A stretch of 63,890 nt of DNA, counting the filler, from Octopus bimaculoides (Eukaryota): the NCBI RefSeq assembly GCF_001194135.2. It is 5 parts of 5 records of this genome, joined end to end, with 100 filler letters (N's around TTAATTAATTAA, not from the genome) between each part and the next. Parts side by side here need not be neighbours in the genome. Positions count along the whole stretch, not along the records: positions 1 to 12,949 come from NC_068992.1; positions 13,050 to 27,457 come from NC_068996.1; 3 more parts are not named here. One strand, written 5' to 3'. Below the pieces are notes generated by a model that saw nothing but the letters and a program-made list of their open reading frames with translations, searched no databases and was not told the DNA's origin. Of this stretch, positions 1-13,413 are shown in pieces. Within the stretch, counting starts at the first letter, position 1. Each line of letters starts with the position of its first letter. Position numbers and translations under genes: made by a program.

Positions 1-1197
1 TATATATATATATATACATATATATATATGATCTCTAATGATGTGGCCTTCTATGTCATTTCTAGATAATATAACAATAGTGATACCGGAAAATCTGCTT
101 ATGGAATGATTTCTTTCTCAGAAAACTATTAAGAGGGTTTTGTTGTCTCAAGCACAATACTTTCTGTTTTCTGATTTGCATCGTTAAATTATAATCTGTC
201 TAAGTGATGTGTTTGTTCTGTGTCGATACAATTCTAAAATCCATGTTGTCAACTGTGCCTCCACGATCTAATTCAGCCTCATTGCAGAGCACCTTCGACC
301 TTTCCTCTTGAGTTCCCGCCAATATTCACTTACGCGCTCACATAAGCTACGTACTGTCTCTGCAATATATGTCGCTTTGTACATCTTAAACTATAAACTA
401 CGTTCGTAGATTTACAATGTATTTGTGGATTTATTCTACGAACAATATATTTATTACCCATGCACGTGTTTCTTTCATATGGGAACGTTCTATAGATCAT
501 GGTTTTATGGAGGTCCGTGGTCTGTCGACAACTTTAATCCGTAGAGTCATATTATCTCAGATTTTCTCCAAAGGCATTGATGGACATGATACTATAGTAT
601 TTATTAGTTTTGGGTGTGTTTATGTCCCAGTAACCTTTCGTTTCGGCCACAGATACGATAGAATAAATGGCAGGCTTTAAAAGTAAGTATTGGGCCGATT
701 CGTTGTTGAAGGCGTTGCCTAATCTTGACGCATGATGGAAATATATGTATATAAGTGACGGGGGGGGGACATAAATATGCAGCGGTAACACACCGGCACG
801 CACAGACAAATACAGACACACACACGCGAGCACAGAACTCACACACGCGAATTTATATAGAAATATGCATGCAAATTTATATGTATGCTTCTTTATGTTT
901 ATAGAGTCGAAGATAAATAAAACTTTCGCTATATGCATAAATGTTTGCATACAGACATATGCACCTTATGCTTCAATGTAAAACATGAATGCAATACAGA
1001 AAAATAAAGCAAATAATTAATAACTCGTTTGGAATATATTTATAGGTGAATTCCATTTTTTTTTTCATTATTTCATAATTTTATATATACATCGATAAAA
1101 GCACATGGACACCTGCGTAATTATCCAACACTACTCACCCACATAACTTGCAATCTTATGACATGCAGCAGTTATATGAAAAATTCTCACATACACA

Positions 1198-1244
<47 letters not shown>

Positions 1245-1993
1245 GCACACGCGAACACACATGGATCTACAGTATGTCCCAAAAATACTTTTACATATCT
1301 GATGTTTATTAAGCCTGTAATAGTTTATACAAGGGGAATTTAATAGTATTATCGTCTACTTTCGAAGCGATGAGCATTGTGGTGCAACAACTGGTCTTAA
1401 TACAAGCAGTGAAATCCGAAACATCACAGAATACTTCGTAATTTTCGTGCTCGCTCTTCTGTTTCACTACTGCCTTTGGTTTGACTTCGGTCGCCGGTTT
1501 ATACCAGTAAAAATGTCTGTTTGAATTATTCCTTTAAATTGACTTGTAACGTGAGTTCCGTTGAACGCAGCGTATCTTCTGTCGAATGTCTCCTTGCAAT
1601 CTTTGTTGTTGTTTTTTTGTCAAAACGCGTTCAATGTACGCGCTTTGATTATTATGACTCATTAGGGTACGCCTTTTTGCTGGAAATAAACTGTGCATAT
1701 TCAAATTCTACATGAATTCTTGTCATGGCAGATTATAGCAGCCACTTCAAGTGATTGCGACATATCTCACTACTGTTTAAATAAAATGGTCAATATAAGC
1801 CCCTGTGTTCTAAGTCGTACCGTACTGCAAACCTTGTTAAATTAATTCGATATTTTGCAGGAATATGCAGTTCCTCAGGTCACAATTTGGATCAAATAAA
1901 TCGGTTGAGCAATTTCATTCGAATATATATGCATTCTTCCTGTACTACATTCAAGAATGGACTTAAATTGAAACGCTCGTATATACACATACA

Positions 1994-2033
1994 TTCGCAC
2001 ACACACACACATACATACATACATACATACATA

Positions 2034-2111
<78 letters not shown>
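1994..2111. repeat. Compound (CA)n/(TACA)n/(TA)n microsatellite
   Basis: Directly visible dinucleotide and tetranucleotide runs; representative of dozens of similar tracts in the window. Confidence 0.95.
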
Positions 2112-2116
<5 letters not shown>

Positions 2117-3813
2117 CAGTCGCGCGCCTGCTTTCCTTAATTTTGGTGTGTTTTACTACATAAGCGTCACCAATTACCTGATGAAGTGTTTTCCCTCGCA
2201 GGAAAATTTATTTTGGGAATTGAAAATGCACCCGTATCTTGGTACGATTAATCGTTTTTAATTTTGTGATAAATTGATTCAACTACGACAATTTGTTTCT
2301 TATCAATGGTAGAAATAAATGAAGGGCTTAGTATAGGTTAAAGTTGCAAGGTAAGAGTCGGAAAACATGTTTTAACGAGCAAATGCTCAAATGTTCACAG
2401 ATATTTCAATGAGTTTTACAGGGACAAATAATAAGATACGTGTAAGTATTCGTTCAAAATCAAAACAAATATACATGATTGAAAGTTCAGTGATGTTGCA
2501 ATTCAAGTGCAATTTCAAACCTCAAGACAAATTCTGGTATACGAGACAGCATATATATATATATAGATAGACATATATTTAAGCCTACATGCATCTTCAC
2601 ATATTCACATTCATAAATCCCTACGTACGTATGTGTATATTTATTCAGACGCGTGGCAGTGTCCACAAATATCTTTGTAGTTGTTGCTTTGTTCATTAGT
2701 GAATATTGTGTATAGATCAGCAATTACCTCTTCGTGTATCTTTTCATATTTTATTGTTTTATTTTTGCATGTTTGGTTTGCCTCGTTTCGGATATCAAAC
2801 ATATTTTTTTTCAGAAGTCGTCTGTCTAAATAAATAACTTTCGAAGTAAAGGTAGATATATATAACACGAATAAAATATTTATATAAAGAATATAAAAAT
2901 CAAATATGAATCACACGTTAGTCTGTTTCCAAATTAAATTATATGAAATCTATTTTAATACTTACGCTAAAAGTGGCAACGTTCTCCATGAGATGTATGC
3001 TTCGCATAACAATAACGGTATGAATAATCACAATTATATTAATGACATTAGCAATAATATAAACACTAATTGCATCAATAAATCGGAAAAGAGGGAATAA
3101 TTTCGACTAGACAACGATGGTAATTTTAAAAAGTATTTGTAGATTAATAATGGTTTTCAATTGTTACAAATCTATATATAATACGCGTAAATCCTTGGAA
3201 TATTAATAAATCTCAAGAAGAATAACGATATTAAAATCGATGAGAAGCTGTAAATCCGAAGAATTTTATGTTACTGTGATCAGTAAATATCATGTGTCCC
3301 AAATATTCCGAGAGTCTGCTATTGAGTTCATGTATAATACCAAGGCTGAAGAGTATACTAGAAGTGCGGAAACTGTTGTTGCAAGAAAGGTAAAGCCAAG
3401 GCAAATATTGAAACAAGCTTTCAGAGCTCTCCTCTTTAAACTCGAGGGTTATATACGTTTTTTTTCTTCTTTTTCTTACACACAGGCCAAACGTTTTCAA
3501 GTGTAATTGCAACATCTTGAGATGTTAACAATAGTCGACACATCTAAATCCCATGAATAAAAAATTAATATCATCAGACATAATTAACACCAACTTATAA
3601 GAAATTCTTAATGTCTGAAACCGCCTTCATTGGTGCGTAAAAATTGTAGCCGTTTGATGAACTGGAGAAATTCCTCGGACTTTAATTTAGAACATAAACA
3701 TTAATATAGTTCCACAGTTTACGCTTCGTTATTTTTGTTATTAACATCAGTATTAAGATGTCGAGCTTCCACAAGCGTTTATTCGGGCTTTGCGTTTTGA
3801 AATTCACCATTTT

Positions 3814-4030
3814 GCCTTTAGATTATTCTGTCAGATGTAATATTTTTATAATGAAATTGTTTTGAATTAGCCATGCACAACATAGAAGCTTTGAAATCAT
3901 GATGATGTGGTTGTTTATTTTTATAATGACATTGTTGTGTAGGTTTGTGAAGCCAGATCTGGCCAGTTTGAAGATAAAACTGGTACAATATATGGCCCTG
4001 ATATGGCCGGTTTAAATGCTAATGGGTTAA
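3814..4030. mobile_element. piggyBac-type (TTAA) MITE, ~220 bp
   Basis: Right end reads ...ccggtttaaatgctaatgggTTAA; degenerate left end reads gccttta-gattattctgtcagatgtaat. The same left-end sequence recurs at 18823. Confidence 0.6.
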
Positions 4031-6420
4031 ATTCCTTTCATGTTTTCGGGGTCGATAAAATAAGTAGCAGTTTAGAGCTGAGATCCATATAATCGGCTAA
4101 GTCCACCCATAAGATTTCAGGGTTTCTCACTATAATACAAATTATTATAACTATTATGTGACATCAATGTAGCCTTAATTGATCATAAATATAGCAAGTT
4201 ATTTTTTTTTTCGTTTTCTAATGCATTTAAGCCAGTGCTTTATCGATGTCTGTTAATTATCAAAGCTTTCCAACAGAGAAAAAAGACACAAATTGCAGTC
4301 AGCGTGAATTGTGGATTGTACTTCCACACTTCTCTCCCTTAAGAAAATCTGCATCCTCACCCAAATTCTTTTAGCCACTTATGACTTTCTCCACTCATCA
4401 TCTATATACTGAAATTTAACAAACTCACCTTCCATATACGAAGGTACATACTCACTCGGAGGTACACGCTCACCTAGGCCAATACAACCACCACCATCGT
4501 CATCATCATAATCCTCATCATCATCGCCGTCGTCGTCATCACTTAACCAATATATTCGCCCCTCCATTTTATCAACTTAAAATTATTAACATGCTTGGTA
4601 ATTTTTGTGAACAAACGTGTTTTTCTTCATGCCAGCTATATATACTCAACACGATTTTCAAAATTTAAATAATATCCGTGGTTTGTCCGTTTTATTTTAT
4701 CGTAGAAAAACAAGGCTAATTATTTTGTTTATTTCTATTTTTTCGGCTTCACGTCGATGCTATTAACTCACTCTGTCGCATTGTATATATTAACACCTGT
4801 TTACAAGAAAATACTTTGGTGTTTTCGTTTAGTCGTACTACTCTAAAACGTAAGTGTTATTATTTCAAATGCTGTGCGACTGTGTTTGTTACGATTATAT
4901 ATGCAAGCGCATGGTGTCAGCAATAAAATAACAAATCCTTCCTTACAATAGAAAAAAAGGAAAACAAAAAGTTCTGCTAACACGAAACGGAAAAAATAGT
5001 AACACGATTTCTTTTCAAAAAGTGGTATAATTTTGGAAAGTGAAATCTTGTACTTAGGTTATACACAACAGCGATAAAAATATTTTTGTTACATTAGCAG
5101 ACACATAAGTTTCACCAAATGGGAAAATAAACGAGGAGAAAATTTTATCCGTGCATCCTTCCGTGACAAAGTTATATAGAAATAAAGCACAGTCTGAAAA
5201 GTAACTGCAGCAAAACTGGATTACAAGAACTGAACATGCTTCAAGGGAATTTTTATATACATAAAAATGGAGAAGAGTAATACTTCATTTTCAGGAAAGA
5301 AAGGAATGATGCTTTTCATATAAACTTCGTGGATTAAAATATCGAATACCTGGCAGTTGATTTGCCATCAAAGAATTACTTATTCAAGGATATATAATAG
5401 GCCCATTAGTCTACACTTTAAAATCTTTTATGCGTCTCGCACAAAAAAAGACTTGAGGAAGGTCACCAAGCACCGACTCTATCATGTAACCCCCAACCTA
5501 CAATACGGCCGCAAAATGCAAAGCAACTATAATGCCACACATACAAATAGCCAGTGACCCACGTTTTGATGGCATTTGGCTAAACAACAGGAGCGCGTAG
5601 CAAGAATTTGAAAATAATTATGGTTTGCAAGATTCGAAACTGTGCATAATTTTGTTTCCAGCGATAAAAAATATATAATTTTAACGATGCAAAGCAGAAA
5701 ACAGAAAGTATTGTGCTTGAGGCAACACAATCCTCTTCATCGTTTTCTGAGAAAGAAATCATTCCACAACCAGCTTTTCCAGTATCGCTATTGTTCTATG
5801 ATCTAGAAATGACATAGAAGGCCATATCATTAGAGATCTTTGAGACAAATAATGATCATATATCTCGCATTGGACATTGTAATAATGGTGGCGATGAACG
5901 AAAAATTGAAGACTAAATGTATAGACCTCACCTCAAGTAAAACAGCAGACTCTAATGATTTTAGGCTTGAATATCTTCCTCATTCTTGACACCCCAAAAG
6001 GTGAACAAATATTTCCAATTTTCCAACCAAAATAGTCATCTAATGGTCTTGTAACAAAGCGGGCATTAGAGAAAACGAGTATGCCTTAGAGAAATACGCT
6101 ATAAAATGTTAAAGAAACTCTAGAAAAAACTGGTTGGTATGCCCGAGCTAAAACTGTTGACACTTAACAATTAAAGGGTGATTAGGACCTAAGAAAAACA
6201 AAGAATTACATTATTAACAAAGCAAATGGTTTGCTGGAAAAGCAAATCGCATTCTTCAGAATGAATGACTATGAAAATAGAAATAATATGTGAACACTTG
6301 AAGAAATTTCTGACGCTACAATCCTAAATGAATCATTGTTTTCTTGAAAGCAATCTCTATGCACAGCAGCACGTTATAGGGAATTAATCCAATACTGTCA
6401 GAGTGATGAAATACCTGTGT

Positions 6421-6470
6421 CTGTTCTTATTTATCCCCTCTATGTTTAGCCCCTTGTGGGCAATAAAAAC
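6421..6470 (+). mobile_element. SINE 3' tail fragment
   Basis: tgtttagccccttgtgggcaataaaaa; a similar tail is at 8270-8300 and at the 3' end of the ORF1 element (22815-22845). Confidence 0.6.
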
Positions 6471-6477
6471 GAAGCCG

Positions 6478-6632
6478 AGTTAGCATTCCGGAAATAAAGC
6501 TTAACGACATTTCGTCCGCCTTCAGGTTCTGCGTTCTAATTCCTCTGAGGTCAGCTTTGTCTTTCATCATTTCGTGGTCGATAAAATAGGTACGAGCTAA
6601 ACACCGTTGTCCATGTAATCGACTCATCCTCC
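6478..6632 (+). mobile_element. Degenerate tRNA-derived SINE body (family of 31068-31280)
   Basis: atttcgtccgccttcaggttctgcgttctaattcctctgaggtcagctttgtctttcatcatttcgtggtcgataaaa aligns by eye to the copy at 31068-31280. Confidence 0.75.
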
Positions 6633-8156
6633 CTTGTTGTCTTTGTTCAGAAACTCTGAAATCAATATTATTATCATTTGTAGTTGTTGTAATCGTAATT
6701 GTATTGGTACTTGGAGTTGTAATAGTAGAAATAATTGATTAGTTTCACCGACGCATATGAACATAGCTGAGTTAGTTGAGTTTCTCCGTTTCAACGACAA
6801 CTCTGGAAAATAGGAACACTACGGCGACTATCTGCGCCACTGATATATGAAAAACTGCATTGATTGTTTTGAAGACAGAAAAACAAATTGGATAAATGAT
6901 AATTGCATATTCGTTTTACTGTCATTCTCCTGAAACATGCACGACGCTAATTTCCTTTTCAATTTTGTTTGAGTATTTTCAGAATATTAATCTGAAGCGA
7001 AATGCTGGAAGATAAACATCTGAAGAAATAATCAAGATTATCACTCATAAACAAGAAGAACCTGTTCTGAGTTCGAGAAGTCACTTTTCAAGACGTGACA
7101 TATTAGCGAAGTTATAAACATACGATTGTCGAGAATTTCATACGTCCTTTGAAAGGGAATATTTTTTATTAAAATTTTCAGTAATTATAGGCACGTGTTC
7201 CCTCTTGGGTGAACACACTTCACGCAACAGCTGCAAAATTTTGTTTGCATTTCATCTTCAATGCTTACTCAGCAATTTTTTTTTATCAACATTTTAAAAG
7301 CTTATTGTATTTATGTGTTAGTGTGTTTGTATTTATCTCTATGTGCGAGCATTCAATTGCATTTGCACGGTCTGAACGATTTGCTTTTTCTCATCGTTAG
7401 GAGTACATTGTAAAGATGACATTGAATTTCCAGGCTTAATAATAACCTTCTGCGGTGATCCACGTAGATACAAGTAAAATTCTAATATAAATTGCCAATA
7501 AACAGTGAATGTGATGAAATGACATGTATGTGTATACCTTGGCGCGAGAGCTGAAATATTTAAATTGAAATGATGCAGGACATGCTGATTGAAATATATC
7601 ATTGACAAGGATTCTGTCACTGTCACTACATTATTTATTTTACCCAATACACATGTATTTGGATACATAGAAATAGGTAAAAACAAAAACAAATTGCGTG
7701 AACTGGAATTGGAAACATTCTGATAAAATGTCTCAACCACAGCAATGGAGCCTTTCCTCATAACATTACCTATTTCCATGAAGGTAAGAAATTCTCACTG
7801 ATCGACAGACTTCATGGCAAAATAGGTATTTATGGAAAACTAAAGCTGGATTCGAAATGGCCAACGTTTGGTCCACATCATATTCCCTTTACGATGCGTT
7901 AACTGACCACATCTACAAAGAAATCATTTTCATTTTCTCAACACTGCTGATTCAGCACCATGTTATCATGTTAAAACTAATGCAGAATGCTTCGGACATT
8001 TTATATTTCATTTTTAATTGACTTCAGTAATCTCCTTTCATTTTATTCTGCAGTAAACATGGTAAACGGGAATTGAAATTTCTATACAGTATTACTGTTT
8101 TCAAACTGTTTTCAAATTTCTGTGACGGAAAAATAGAAATTTATATATATATAGAT

Positions 8157-8305
8157 TCGAATTGCGCCGAGGTCGGCTTTGTCCTTCGTTCTTTCGGGGT
8201 CGATTAAATACGTACCAGTTACGTATTGGGGTCGATTTAATCGACTTAATCCCTTTGTTCCTCCTCTCTATATTTAGCCCCCTGCCGGCAATGAAGAAAT
8301 AAATA
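8157..8305 (+). mobile_element. 5'-truncated SINE (B-box region to tail)
   Basis: ttcgaattgcgccgaggtcggctttg...cggggtcgattaaatacgtaccagt...ggggtcgatttaatcgact, then tail ...atttagcccctgccggcaatgaagaaataa. Confidence 0.75.
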
Positions 8306-8789
8306 TTTTCAGTAATGCTGTTAGTGACCGAAATCGTGAATGATGCGTTTGAGCTATGTGAATTGGGAAAAAGCGTGTTTGACCGGAGGCTTTGAGACAA
8401 GAAAGGAACGACTTGGTGGTAAATACAAATGCGCATGGGACGTTATGTTATCGATTCTTCTTTCCGTTGTTCTCTCTATTTCTTTTCTCTTCCATTTATT
8501 TCTTCTCACATTTAGTTCATTATTAAGTGTTTCTTCATTTCTTGCCTTTCACGTTTCCTATTTATAAGTCTAAGGTACTAATGCCCGTCTCATCTCTCCA
8601 TAGTTCACATAATGGGTCGAGATTCAAGCTTGATCTGCTGTAATATACAAGGATCGAATAAGGCACACCCTTCACTGCTACATCTAGAGTCATGAAAGAG
8701 ATTGAAACAGGAACATCTGCCTTTTTTTGTTTGTATTTCTTGACTAAGAAAGCTTATTGTCTATTTTTGACCCATGAAATGCCGATAAT

Positions 8790-8830
8790 CATCTCGCCCG
8801 GCGGGCTAACGTTTCGGCCATCTCGCCGCC
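8790..8830 (-). mobile_element. SINE head fragment
   Basis: Reverse complement ggcggcgagatggccgaaacgttagcccgccgggcgagatg matches the head of the 31068 copy. Confidence 0.7.
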
Positions 8831-9215
8831 ATGTATGCGGTACATTGTTGAGATTGTTCTGCTACGCGCATAGCCGTCTCATTGCATATCCAATGTTATG
8901 GCATTTCAGAAGTTTCTTCCAACTCTGCACATTTTGGTTTAAGAAACTACATTGAATGTATCTTGAGGTAACAGTGCCACACGTGCCTATCAATTTGTCC
9001 TAAAGATATATTTGACTCGGCAATGCTTAATACACAACCTCATGCAATTGAAATTTTAGAGAGAGAAGTACTTACTTAACTTGTTCCCGTTGAATGAAAG
9101 CAGTTCTTTACAATAATTTCAGAAAGCTTCTTTAATCTCCAAATAATAAAATGACAAGTCCATCATATGTAATAGAGTTTTAATTTAGTTGGCAAGCATT
9201 TTCATTTTCATCCAG

Positions 9216-9258
<43 letters not shown>

Positions 9259-12257
9259 ATATANNNNNNNNNNNNNNNNNNNNNNNNNNNNNNNNNNNNN
9301 NNNNNNNNNNNNNNNNNNNNNNNNNNNNNNNNNNNNNNNNNNNNNNNNNNNNNNNNNNNNNNNNNNNNNNNNNNNNNNNNNNNNNNNNNNNNNNNNNNNN
9401 NNNNNNNNNNNNNNNNNNNNNNNNNNNNNNNNNNNNNNNNNNNNNNNNNNNNNNNNNNNNNNNNNNNNNNNNNNNNNNNNNNNNNNNNNNNNNNNNNNNN
9501 NATATAGTCACAACCAATGGTGTAGAAAGCGTAGCAGGTGTAAGCCTGAAAAAGGAAACCTCGAAATACAATACTGGACAGAGAATGTTATATAAATTGA
9601 AACTTAAATCTTCATTCGTTACACACGCATATGCAAATATGGTGGTGGTGGGGGGGGGTGCGATGACAGATATAGATATAATAACATACATATATAAATG
9701 TATCTGTGTATGTTCATGGGGATGTCTGTATATGTGTGCGCGTGTGTGTGTGCGTGTGTGTATGCGTGCGTGTGTGCGTGTGTGTATGCGTGTGCGTGTG
9801 AGTGTATGTATGTGTGCCTGTGTCTGTAGAAGTACATTTGGCCTTGCAGCAAACTAATTCAAAATCACTTTTTGACATATTTCTTTATGCTAAATATATG
9901 TTACTGCATTACATGCTCACCTATATAGTCTTGCACTATGTGTGCAGTTCTGTTTATGAATCCATGGGGAAAAAAACACATTTTGGATTGCATGCATTTA
10001 TGCACAGACGTGCCTTCCATGCTTTACCTAAAAATCTATTAAAACAGTTTCATATTTTTATACATATTTAATATACATCTTCGTGTATTTGTTTATATAG
10101 TTCAATAAATGTCTTTATTGTAATGAAAGATAAGGCAAACATGCATCATAACTTCACCCCACCCCCAACGGAAAAGAACAATACAAGTAATACACATGAA
10201 TAAAATGTATTTGTGGAACTAACACAATAAATAAAATGAATACATGAAATTACACTCTTACGTTGTCACGTTGCTCGTGCTATGAACATCAGCGAAATAG
10301 TTTTCATATCGGACAAAGTAATACATTATTTGTAGACATAACATTGAGTGATTTGAAACTGGAATTATTTTCTATCACCTTTTTTTATTGACGTACAGTT
10401 AAGAATTACATATAATACAAAACCAAAAAAGAACATTATGGCAATGATCGCTGTTTTCAAAGTAATCAGAAAACCGTTAGAAATAGGCTCGCAAAAGATT
10501 ATGTAGACAATGGTACGACAGACGTGTGTATTTTACAAACACTGGACTCAACAGAGGTAAATGTAACGTAAGGATTATAGGAATGAAAATTCGTGTAAAG
10601 GAACGCATATCTTGAAATTGCTTTCATCATTCGTTTCTTCAAACATCCAGACATTATAAATATTAAAAGGTTGTGTTAATTATTCTTTTACGAACTCCCA
10701 GATTTCCGCAACATAAAACGTTATGCTTGATACAGGCAACTTAAACATTGCAATAATATTATTAATAGCCATAATTACCATCACTTTAAAAATACGCACA
10801 AATCACGAATTATAAATGATTCAATTTGTTTATACAGTTACAGCTGTCTTGAGCCTACAATATATCGGCATATTTCTACAGAGAGTGATTGCCGAATATC
10901 CTGCTAATTGGCCGCGATCTTATAAAAGACCCAGATAATGAATCTAGTGTAAGATATCCCTATTCACTTCGAGCCTCTTCTTCTGCGAAATTATATGACA
11001 TCAAATCTCCAAACGGTGTATACAAAGATAGCACACATACGAAACAGTATATTCGACAAATGCTTTTACTTCATTGAAGCAACATAGAAAATTAAATTAT
11101 TATCGAACTACTCTCAGTTACAAAGCATCTTTTACATCAGATAGGATGCTAATAAATGAAGCAGAGAATCTTTTCACACGATCATTATAATGCCGGTTCA
11201 ATGGCATATACACAATATCAATAAGATATCATTTCCATTTTTTTTACGATTTGAAATATATGTCCTGTGTGTAATAAGTCTCCTACGTTGGTAGTTAAAA
11301 TTTGCCTTGAAATCATAGCAAAATGAAGCAGCTTAAAGGAGTTTACATATTCCTGTTCGAGGAGTTCAAATCTTTGAACGAAACAATGTATGAAGTCCTA
11401 CAATATTTCTCACACCAATTGTCCAGTTTTGTAATATATTACTTGTCAGCTTCTGCGTTTATCAGTTCGTGTTTGCGTAATAACATCCATAATGATTAAA
11501 AGACATTTAAAATATAAAATGCTACGTAAATATCATGGCACTTTTGTCGTAAGGATGAACACTAACCAATAACTTACATGTCACTTGTGTGAGAGATAAG
11601 GATGTTCCCAAGATGGTCTCCATATTACTGAGAAGGAGGGTGATGCAAAAGAGAGAGAAAAAAAATTAAATTCTGAAACATTGATAATCATTTAGCTGTA
11701 GCATTGAATAGAACGTTAAACGTTTATTCAATTAAATCGACTACAGAAAATATGGATTACATTATTTTAATATAGTATGAAGATTAACGAGAAGTTCGCA
11801 TCTTGTGTTACGTGCCCTCTTTCCCGACAAATACAATCTATGACTAAATCATATGTAGGAGCAAGACAGGATGCAGAATAAAAGTAGTCGATTAAAAGGT
11901 TGCCAGTTTTATGACTTTTAAATTGCTTTCTCCGGATGGAAAACTACGTCCAGTTCGGTTGGGGATGAATACAAATTCAAATACGCCGAAATTTAACAAT
12001 CACAACTCACTGATCACAGTTCTCAACTGGTAACTATGTAATCGGCAAAGTCTATCTCAGATGCATTTGTACTGAGAACTTAAAGAACCGACAGATATGC
12101 CAACGATTATATAAAATCAAAATGTGTATGAATATTCTGTGATCTAATATTCATAATATATACGTTCACAGACACATACATGTGCTCCCAAAGAATCACA
12201 CACACACGCACACACACACACACACATAAATGTATATGTATGCATATGCAGTGGTAT

Positions 12258-12580
12258 AGACCATTTCGGTCATGAATGATCGTGAGATGAAACCTAGAAA
12301 GTTCTCCTCTGAGTCACAAGTCCGACCAAGTTTGATTATGGAAAACCAGAAGTTGTCGATGCATACTCGCCTTCCCCATCCACACCACTGATGTTATCTA
12401 AGCGAATGGCAAAGGGGCCGATACAGCGTGGCACCTGTGGCATTGCAGCATATTTTTACAGCTGAGTGAAATAAAGAGTGTTGCTGAAGAATACTGTAAC
12501 ACACATTCTTGTCCAGGAACCGAACTAAATATCTCATGGATGTAAACCCGAAGCTCTAACCGCTGAGCCATGTGCCTTCA
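12258..12580 (-). mobile_element. tRNA-derived SINE
   Basis: Reverse complement begins gtgaaggcacatggctcagcggttagagcttcggg...agttcggttcctgg, with A-box (TGGCTCAGCGG) and B-box-like motifs, followed by a non-tRNA body. Confidence 0.75.
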
Positions 12581-12903
12581 CTATATATGCATATAGGAAC
12601 GTGTTTTAAATGAAAAGAAAAGAGGCTAGACAAAAATCAAGTTTATGTAATAATATTTATTGGATTGAACATAATATCCATTCACGAAATACTTGGTTTT
12701 GAGTCATGCTGCACGTAACACATATATGTACGTGGTGTGTTTTCATGAATGTACACGCATTGTGTACATGGGTATATGCAAATTTCACGCATAGATATTA
12801 ATAAATGTATTTAATTTGAATACGCATGTAAGTGTGCCTGTGTATGACATTGTACTGGCACAGCTGTCGAAATATCTATAAACGTATTGATGTATGACAC
12901 ACA

Positions 12904-12949
<46 letters not shown>

Positions 12950-13049
12950 NNNNNNNNNNNNNNNNNNNNNNNNNNNNNNNNNNNNNNNNNNNNTTAATTA
13001 ATTAANNNNNNNNNNNNNNNNNNNNNNNNNNNNNNNNNNNNNNNNNNNN
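12950..13049. other. Assembly artefact: N44-TTAATTAATTAA-N44 spacer
   Basis: Exactly 44 N, a 12-mer with stops in all six frames, then 44 N. Identical constructs at 27458-27557, 40601-40700 and 61415-61514. Confidence 0.95.
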
Positions 13050-13239
13050 CATCATCGTTTAACGTCCGCTTTCCATGCTAGCATGGGTTGGACGATTCGA
13101 CTGAGGACTGGTGAACCAGAAAGCTGCATCAGGCTCCAATTTGATCTGGGAATGTTTCTACAGCTAGATGCCCATCCTAACGCCAACCACTCCGAGAGTG
13201 TAGTGGGTGCTTTTTATGTGCCAGTCACACGGTACTGGC
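13050..13239 (-). mobile_element. SINE with (GAT)n tail, 3' part
   Basis: catcatcgtttaacgtccgctttccatgctagcatgggttggacg... is the reverse complement of 14750-14960. Confidence 0.85.
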
Positions 13240-13382
13240 AATATATATATATATATATATATTGCTTCCTTTTTCTCTCTCCATCAAACCTTAATCAGAA
13301 TATTCATGGTTGTAGTTGGAAAGAGTGCATGAGATATAAAGATGCACACTCATGCATTCACAGATAGTCACACGCATAAGGA

Positions 13383-13413
<31 letters not shown>

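Noticed and set aside
1312-1525. ATG-less frame with NTS/NIT sequons followed by a hydrophobic stretch
   Set aside because: No start codon or splice support; compatible with chance.
2178-2215. CTGATGA...GAAA hammerhead-like spacing
   Set aside because: Neither stem I nor stem II can form.
5700-5830. LLFYDLEMT resembling a DEDD exonuclease ExoI motif
   Set aside because: Followed immediately by a stop, with no other motifs.
7339-7790. 146-aa minus-strand ORF, and a plus-strand 41-nt exon candidate ending at gaag/gtaaga
   Set aside because: No recognisable domain, composition typical of AT-rich non-coding DNA, and a weak acceptor.
8790-8830. GC-rich patch resembling a promoter
   Set aside because: Explained as a SINE head on the minus strand.
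10905-10970. ATTGG followed by TATAAAAG (candidate core promoter)
   Set aside because: The CCAAT-TATA gap is only ~10 bp and no initiator lies at the proper distance; expected by chance in AT-rich DNA.
12994-13005. TTAATTAATTAA recurring four times, resembling a conserved site or repeat array
   Set aside because: Always centred in exactly 44 N on each side; an artificial six-frame-stop scaffold spacer.
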